From: Candidatus Omnitrophota bacterium | Lineage (GTDB): Bacteria; Omnitrophota; Gorgyraeia; Duberdicusellales; 4484-171 | Direction: 5' to 3' | NCBI GenBank assembly: GCA_003154195.1 | Contig: PMCS01000008.1 | Coordinates: 143,366-207,365 of the forward strand | Length of the DNA: 64,000 nucleotides | Shown: in pieces, positions 58,539 to 64,000 of the stretch | How positions within the stretch are numbered: position 1 is the first letter of the stretch | How the letters are laid out: each line of letters opens with the position of its first letter | The notes under the pieces: generated by a model | The model's input: the letters and a program-made list of their open reading frames with translations, nothing else | Database searches by the model: none | What the model was told of the DNA's origin: nothing | Position numbers and translations under genes: made by a program

Positions 58539-59561
58539 TTATCCAACCACATATAAATCAAACAACCCCTTTACGGCATCGTGATACATTAGGATGGTTT
58601 TGACTTTTAATATTTTCTTCAGTACATCCCTGCTGTTTTCAAAACTTAGCGCCCAGTATGACCAGAGTTCTTTCATTTTATGCAATAAATGCGCAGGGCC
58701 GTATAACTTCTGCTGATATTTTTCTAAGAGCGTATCGTGAAATGCTTTAAAACGTTCACGCGCTTCCCGGCAATTTCCGCAATTAAGATTTTTTATTCTT
58801 TCAGGAAGAAACGGATCGATCACTCCGCCCCGGCCCAACATCCATCGATTTATTCGGGAAAAACGGCTCGAGAAATCTTGAAAATTTTTCAATGTGTAAA
58901 TATCGCCGCTATAAACAATTTCATGCCGAGTTAAGGCAATTGCCTTTTCAAATCCATCTAAGTCGACTTGGCCGCCGTAAAGCTGAATGGCCGTACGCGG
59001 GTGAATAATAATATTCTCCAAGGGGAAATCATTGAGCAAAGGCAAAAGCGCATAAAGCGGGGCATTATCTTTTATGCCGAGCCTGACTTTCAGGGAAAGA
59101 ATATTAGGGATCGATGGAATAACACACTCTAAAAACTTTAAAATTAAATCCGGATACGGCAAAAGGCCTGAGCCGCGTTTTTTGTTTCTTACCATAGGAA
59201 AAGGACAACCTAAATTCCAATTAACTTTTTTATACCCAAGCTCAAACAGCGATTTCGAGAACTGAATAAAATCCTGGTCGTTATTGCCAAGTATCTGTGG
59301 TATCAATTCAACGTTGGCAGTAGTGGAGCCCCCTTGAGCTAAAGCCTGAGGCTCCCCCCCGGAAGCAGAAATATTTCTGCTGAAGGGATTTAATTCAGGA
59401 CGTACCTCATTAAACACCTTGTTGTTTAAATTTGTGGCATTACATTCACCAATAAGCGGGCTAACCGCAATGTCATAACCTTTAAAATAACGAAAATACA
59501 CATCGCGGTAGATATAATTAGTTACCCCCTGCATTGGCGCCATGTATAAAATTGTATCCAT
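58539..59561 (-). CDS. tRNA-dihydrouridine synthase family protein with in-frame insertion
   Basis: MAPMQG, PQILGN, NWNLGCP, GSGLL, IHPRT, MLGRG. Confidence 0.92.
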   Translation of the reverse strand: MDTILYMAPMQGVTNYIYRDVYFRYFKGYDIAVSPLIGECNATNLNNKVFNEVRPELNPFSRNISASGGEPQALAQGGSTTANVELIPQILGNNDQDFIQFSKSLFELGYKKVNWNLGCPFPMVRNKKRGSGLLPYPDLILKFLECVIPSIPNILSLKVRLGIKDNAPLYALLPLLNDFPLENIIIHPRTAIQLYGGQVDLDGFEKAIALTRHEIVYSGDIYTLKNFQDFSSRFSRINRWMLGRGGVIDPFLPERIKNLNCGNCREARERFKAFHDTLLEKYQQKLYGPAHLLHKMKELWSYWALSFENSRDVLKKILKVKTILMYHDAVKGLFDLYVVG

Positions 59562-59753
59562 ATAATTAAAGGACGTTATCTCCCTTTTCCTAAGAGCTAA
59601 GCACTAAGGGACACGAAGTTCATAAAGAATATAAAAAAAAGCTAAGAGAAATTTCAAGACGCAGATTTATAAAATGAATAAGGATAAAGCAAAATATTTT
59701 CACCACAGAGGGCACAGAGAACACAGAGAAAATCAAAGGGCGTCGTGCCATTT

Positions 59754-60014
59754 TCACTTAATAATCCGGGAAATACTCTGCTTAAGCTGTTGAACCACTG
59801 TGTCGCCGGACAATTTATAAACCGCGCCGGAGATAATCAAACCTGTTATGAGAAACGCGTATGCCCTCCTGCGTCCCGATGTCGCGCGTTGCCAGGATCC
59901 CTCGTCCTCGAGCGCGAGAAAGCGCATACGGCTGCTTACATCCTTTAGCATAACTGTTCCCGCTAAAGTGAGCAACAACCCGATGATAAAAACTATTTCA
60001 TTTAGACTTAGCAT
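59754..60014 (-). CDS. Small two-TM hypothetical protein
   Basis: Two hydrophobic helices. Confidence 0.55.
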   Translation of the reverse strand: MLSLNEIVFIIGLLLTLAGTVMLKDVSSRMRFLALEDEGSWQRATSGRRRAYAFLITGLIISGAVYKLSGDTVVQQLKQSISRIIK

Positions 60015-60056
60015 GAAGAATAACCCTAATTTTCTAACGAGCCTTGCCCGTCTTTA

Positions 60057-61325
60057 TCATTTTTCAGTATACATGGCTTCGTAAGCTTTTGCAACCGCAT
60101 CAATGTCACGGCGGTTCATCCGGCCGGTCACAAAATCAACTCCCGGCGAAAGATATGGCGACCGGTGTTTTTTTAAAAGACGTATCCCGTAATTAGCAGG
60201 AGCGTCGGAAATATCAGTGCCAAAAAAAAGGTTAAGTTGTTGGCCGGCAGAATTTCCCACAATTTTTATTTTCAAGCGTTTCAAAAAATCCAGCGTTTTT
60301 AAACACGACTCCTTGCTTTGTCCGGGTAAACCATAAAGCGTAAAAACCTCAGGGGTTATTCCTGCTTCATGGGTAAGTTTTATAATTTTCTCAAATTGAT
60401 CGAGGTCAATCGGCTTACGTAAAATTTTATTAACCTTTGCGTCCGCCGACTCAAGCCCATAGGCGATAAATTTAACCCCGGCGCGTGCCATAAGCGTTAA
60501 CAACGGTTTATCGATAAGGTCGGCGCGCGTTTCGCACCAGATATTGACTTTCCAGCGCCTTTTAATAATGCCGCGCATTATCGATGCGACTCGTTTTTTA
60601 TCAAAAGTAAACGAGGGGTCCGCAAAGAAAAATCTTTTAATCCGCGCCTTTACGCAAATAGACATATCCGCAAGTACCCGCGAAGGGGAATGTACTCTGA
60701 TACGTTTACCGAAAGCGCGGGGCGTACAACAAAAAGCGCAGTGGTAACAGCATCCGCGAGAAGTCAGCATTACTGCTATTGGGTGCTGGCGCAAATCAAA
60801 TGCATTATTGACGTATGGTGAAGGAAGTAAATCAAGATCTCTTACGAACGGCGCAGGCGGAGTTTCAATTATCGTATTGTCTCGCATAAAAACAATGCCT
60901 CTTATATGGGCGGGGTTAGAATTGGCAGCTATGGAACGTACTAATTCCGGCCAGGTATTTTCCCCTTCCCCACGCATAATAACATCAACCTCGCGCATCT
61001 GGCGCAAGACTTCTTTAGGCATAAACCCTGCCTGGGGCCCGCCAAAAACTACCACGATCTGCGGGGCAACATTTTTCACAATCCGCGCTAATTGTAACGC
61101 GAGTTTTATATTAGCCTGGTACACGGAAAATCCCACGGCGAGCGGTTTGTAGGTTTTTACAAAATTAGCAACTTCAGGGCCGGTGCGTTTAGTAATCCGG
61201 TCAATCTCGGCAATTACCGTTTCAATGTTATGGACCTTAAGGCTGGCGGCAATATACCCGAGGGATATAGGAAAAAAATCTCCGCCCGAAGGCGGAAGGG
61301 TGTAGAGCAATACTCTGGCATTCAT
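60057..61325 (-). CDS. Cobalamin-binding radical SAM enzyme
   Basis: PISLGYIAA, FGGPQ, GEGE, TSRGCCYHCAFC, YGLES. Confidence 0.93.
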   Translation of the reverse strand: MNARVLLYTLPPSGGDFFPISLGYIAASLKVHNIETVIAEIDRITKRTGPEVANFVKTYKPLAVGFSVYQANIKLALQLARIVKNVAPQIVVVFGGPQAGFMPKEVLRQMREVDVIMRGEGENTWPELVRSIAANSNPAHIRGIVFMRDNTIIETPPAPFVRDLDLLPSPYVNNAFDLRQHPIAVMLTSRGCCYHCAFCCTPRAFGKRIRVHSPSRVLADMSICVKARIKRFFFADPSFTFDKKRVASIMRGIIKRRWKVNIWCETRADLIDKPLLTLMARAGVKFIAYGLESADAKVNKILRKPIDLDQFEKIIKLTHEAGITPEVFTLYGLPGQSKESCLKTLDFLKRLKIKIVGNSAGQQLNLFFGTDISDAPANYGIRLLKKHRSPYLSPGVDFVTGRMNRRDIDAVAKAYEAMYTEK

Positions 61326-61383
61326 AAAATTTCACACAGTATAAAGATAAAATATTGCAGGGGCGGACCTATGTGTCCGCCCG

Positions 61384-62385
61384 TTAACAACTACAAAACA
61401 AAGACATTGTCCACAGATTACAGCGCGGAGCCTGGCAAAGCCGGGCGTAGCCTCCCGCAAGGGACAGATTTTCACAAATAAACAAATTAATTATGGTAGC
61501 TACCCCGTAGCTCTTACTGAGGCGGCGTAAAATTTTAATGACCTGGCGCCGCCGGCCGCTGGCGCTCCAATCTTCAGGAAGTTTGATGCCTCGGGCAAGC
61601 TCTTCTAAATCGACATAAAAATGGTCGGAGTTTTTCTGTATCGAACGGGCATAAAGAAGCAGGTAAACCTGAAAATCGCGATTGGCCCGGTTAAAAAGCA
61701 TCCGGGCAAAAAGACGGCTGTCCTCCACCCATATCTTAGGAACCGAAACAATATCCGGCAACGGCTCCAGCACTTCTGCCGGCGGATCATGATGTTCGGT
61801 TATTTTTTTAATCGTGGCTTCGTCGGCAAGTTTAAAATTTATTAAACGTTCAAGTTTGTCTTTAGCCAGGCCGGGAGAATCGACAACTACCACCGATCCA
61901 TAATTGGTACGAAAAGCGCTAACGCTCCAGTTCATACTGCCATCAATGACATAGCGGCCATCGACGATGATAAGTTTATCGTGGAGCTTGATCGAGGGAA
62001 CGGTCAGATAAACCTTCGCCCCGGCATCAATAAGTTCTTTGCAATAATCAAGAATATAGCGCTCTTCATTGCTGTCGAATTGGGTATTAAAATACAACTC
62101 GATTGCTACCCCGCGTTTCCTGGCACTAAGCAGGCTGTCGGAAAGCTTCTTCACCGGCGCGGTATTCGGTTTAAAAATATACATCGACATCACAATCGAT
62201 TGCCTGGCGGAATCAATCAATTCCTGAAGCGCCGGCTCATACTTCCGGTCGGAAATATCGGCAACCTGGGCGGGTTGGAAATCGAGGGCAAAAGATGAAG
62301 CGGATAGCGTTAAAATAAACGCAGCGAAAAATAAACTGCGGGCAAGGCATTTAAGAATTGGTACAGATAATCTCAAAAGCCGCAT
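61384..62385 (-). CDS. Phospholipase D/nuclease-domain exported protein, C-terminus replaced by repeat-derived sequence
   Basis: Signal peptide; single HKD motif LHDKLIIVD..DGSMNWS; the last ~35 codons are read through family B and hairpin DNA. Confidence 0.8.
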   Translation of the reverse strand: MRLLRLSVPILKCLARSLFFAAFILTLSASSFALDFQPAQVADISDRKYEPALQELIDSARQSIVMSMYIFKPNTAPVKKLSDSLLSARKRGVAIELYFNTQFDSNEERYILDYCKELIDAGAKVYLTVPSIKLHDKLIIVDGRYVIDGSMNWSVSAFRTNYGSVVVVDSPGLAKDKLERLINFKLADEATIKKITEHHDPPAEVLEPLPDIVSVPKIWVEDSRLFARMLFNRANRDFQVYLLLYARSIQKNSDHFYVDLEELARGIKLPEDWSASGRRRQVIKILRRLSKSYGVATIINLFICENLSLAGGYARLCQAPRCNLWTMSLFCSC

Positions 62386-62389
62386 TGAA

Positions 62390-62665
62390 TTATTGTATAA
62401 CAACATGGATTTTCTTGCCAAGAATCATGGCAATCTTCTGTAAGGTAGAAAGCCTGATATCCTGCGCATGGTTTTCTATCCTTGATATTGCCGATTTTTT
62501 CGTATGAAGTTTGTGAGCCAATTGCTCCTGGGTCATTCCGGCTTTTTCCCGCGTCATTCGAAACATTACCCCGATCTTAAAATCGCCGTAACCTTCTTCG
62601 AATTTTTTGCTGAATTTAGCGTCGCGGCCTTTACGCTTCTCGATATATTTTTTTAAATCACTCAT
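62390..62665 (-). CDS. HigA-like XRE HTH antitoxin
   Basis: [30 protein letters not shown]; GGAGG RBS. Confidence 0.9.
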   Translation of the reverse strand: MSDLKKYIEKRKGRDAKFSKKFEEGYGDFKIGVMFRMTREKAGMTQEQLAHKLHTKKSAISRIENHAQDIRLSTLQKIAMILGKKIHVVIQ

Positions 62666-62669
62666 AGAT

Positions 62670-63014
62670 TTACCTCCGTTTTGAATAATCACATTTATGT
62701 TTTTCCGACAATTCAATCTCCCGTAAAGGTGTTTTTTGTGTTTTCTTCCTAAATCCATGGGAAATAATAAAATTCCCGGAACCATCAAAAAAACCCAATA
62801 AACGAAACGCACTAGAACCAAGCTGAGCCCTAATTTCCCAAACGTTGCCGGCGCTTTCTAATTTTTTAAAATATTGCTCCGGTATGCGGTCAAGTTCTTC
62901 GACCAAACGCATAACCCAAGCAACCTTTTGCGCCTGCTTGCCGTCCAATGAATCTAAGAAATCTTCAACCGGGCAATCTCCCAGTTCGGTTCGATAAAAT
63001 ATTATTTCTCTCAC
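62670..63014 (-). CDS. RelE/HigB (Gp49-like) toxin
   Basis: [30 protein letters not shown]; toxin-first order. Confidence 0.9.
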   Translation of the reverse strand: MREIIFYRTELGDCPVEDFLDSLDGKQAQKVAWVMRLVEELDRIPEQYFKKLESAGNVWEIRAQLGSSAFRLLGFFDGSGNFIISHGFRKKTQKTPLREIELSEKHKCDYSKRR

Positions 63015-63020
63015 ATATAG

Positions 63021-63042
63021 ATGTTAACATATATGTGAACAT
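63021..63042. promoter_or_regulatory. Putative TA operator palindrome
   Basis: atgttaacatatatgtgaacat directly upstream of the toxin start. Confidence 0.6.
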
Positions 63043-63454
63043 AAATCAAGGTATTTTTTAGATTTTTTTAGGTTGGTAATATTTTTATTCGGTTGGCTAG
63101 AAAAAATCGGCTGGAAAACTTGCCCGCTCTCCCCTTTTATTTCGGTTGGACTTCGATGTAATAAAGCATGGGCATCAGGCTACAAGCGATAGACTAAATA
63201 TTAGTATACAGATTTGTATACCAATATCTTAATTATTTCGGCTTCACTCCTATCTTGCCTAATCCCTCCGGCAGGGGTTGAGTCTTTTCGTTGTTGACCG
63301 TATATTGCCATTCGTCATAATCAAACGAAACCGCATAGCAATGCGCTGATTATTTTCCGTCAAGTTTAACCACAAATCCGCCATCGGGCATAGACAATCT
63401 CCTCTTGGATTAAATCAAACGTGTCTGTCCCCTTTTCCCCTCGTCCTTCGGGCA

Positions 63455-64000
63455 TCATTGTCCGCAACATTTTTTGAACTTCTTCCCACTCCCGCAGGGG
63501 CATGGGTCATTGCGGCCGATTTTTTTATCGACTTTACGCGGCGCGGCTTTTTCTGCAGGTTTATCCGGGGACTGGGCTCCCGTTCCCTGCGGCGGATGCT
63601 CCAGGGAGGAGTATTCGGAATGGACGAAATTCTGGCCGGCTTCCTCAAACACGCTAACGCGTTTTTCAGGAGCCTGCACTTTAGTTTTAAAAATCATATC
63701 GACGATACCTTCCTTAATTGAAGCGACCATATCGTCAAAAGCATTATAAGATTCTTTCTGGTATTCCACCAGCGGGTCGGTCTGGGCGTAGCTGCGCAGA
63801 TGTATACCTTCGCGCAGCGAATCCATAATCAGCAGATTCTCTTTCCAGCGCGCGTCGACAACCCACAGGGCGATAGCCTTTTCCATCTGGCGCATCATCG
63901 CCGGATCGGATTTCTTTTCTTTTTCTTCGTAAAACTTTTTCACTTCATCTTTTAAAAAAGATTTAGTTTCTTCCAGGCCCAATTCGCTCAAAGTTTGAGC
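63455..64000 (-). CDS. secA: Preprotein translocase SecA, C-terminal part
   Basis: [22 protein letters not shown]; SEC-C motif [19 protein letters not shown]; the 5' part lies beyond the window. Confidence 0.96.
   Translation of the reverse strand, partial: AQTLSELGLEETKSFLKDEVKKFYEEKEKKSDPAMMRQMEKAIALWVVDARWKENLLIMDSLREGIHLRSYAQTDPLVEYQKESYNAFDDMVASIKEGIVDMIFKTKVQAPEKRVSVFEEAGQNFVHSEYSSLEHPPQGTGAQSPDKPAEKAAPRKVDKKIGRNDPCPCGSGKKFKKCCGQ

Noticed and set aside
63230-63393. Short minus-strand frame MPDGGFVVKLDGK*SAHCY...KPK* with a good RBS
   Set aside because: It has an internal TAA and no recognisable family. It may be a gene remnant but cannot be supported.

Overview
This is an AT-rich bacterial chromosome segment, with most genes on the minus strand. 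Gene content and a giant protein with a characteristic conserved N-terminal domain and C-terminal GGID motif suggest Omnitrophota (OP3); that assignment is inference. Housekeeping genes include bioY, alr, plsY, lepB-lepA, cmk-tyrA-aroF-hisC-pheA, PTS genes, three tRNAs, frr-pyrH-tsf-rpsB, msbA-like/lpxB, dusB, mnmG, gpmA, nrdJ, lnt and the 3' end of secA. A >1000-aa GH161-like glycoside phosphorylase runs off the left edge and is missing from the ORF track. Two things stand out. (1) Many gene junctions hold a ~60-220 bp cassette of two inverted arms, each arm built from a short-period tandem repeat (6, 7, 8, 9, 10 or ~9-13 nt), around a unique AT-rich spacer. Several hairpin/MITE/REP families also occur, nested inside one another, and pieces of them are read in frame inside proteins (the giant protein, MnmG, Dus, a PLD). 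(2) A ~2080-aa, probably exported, modular protein has a conserved head, cargo domains separated by repeated (A/S)ASP linkers, and a GGID tail. No CRISPR array, transposase or integrase is visible. All coordinates were read by eye and no database search was run.
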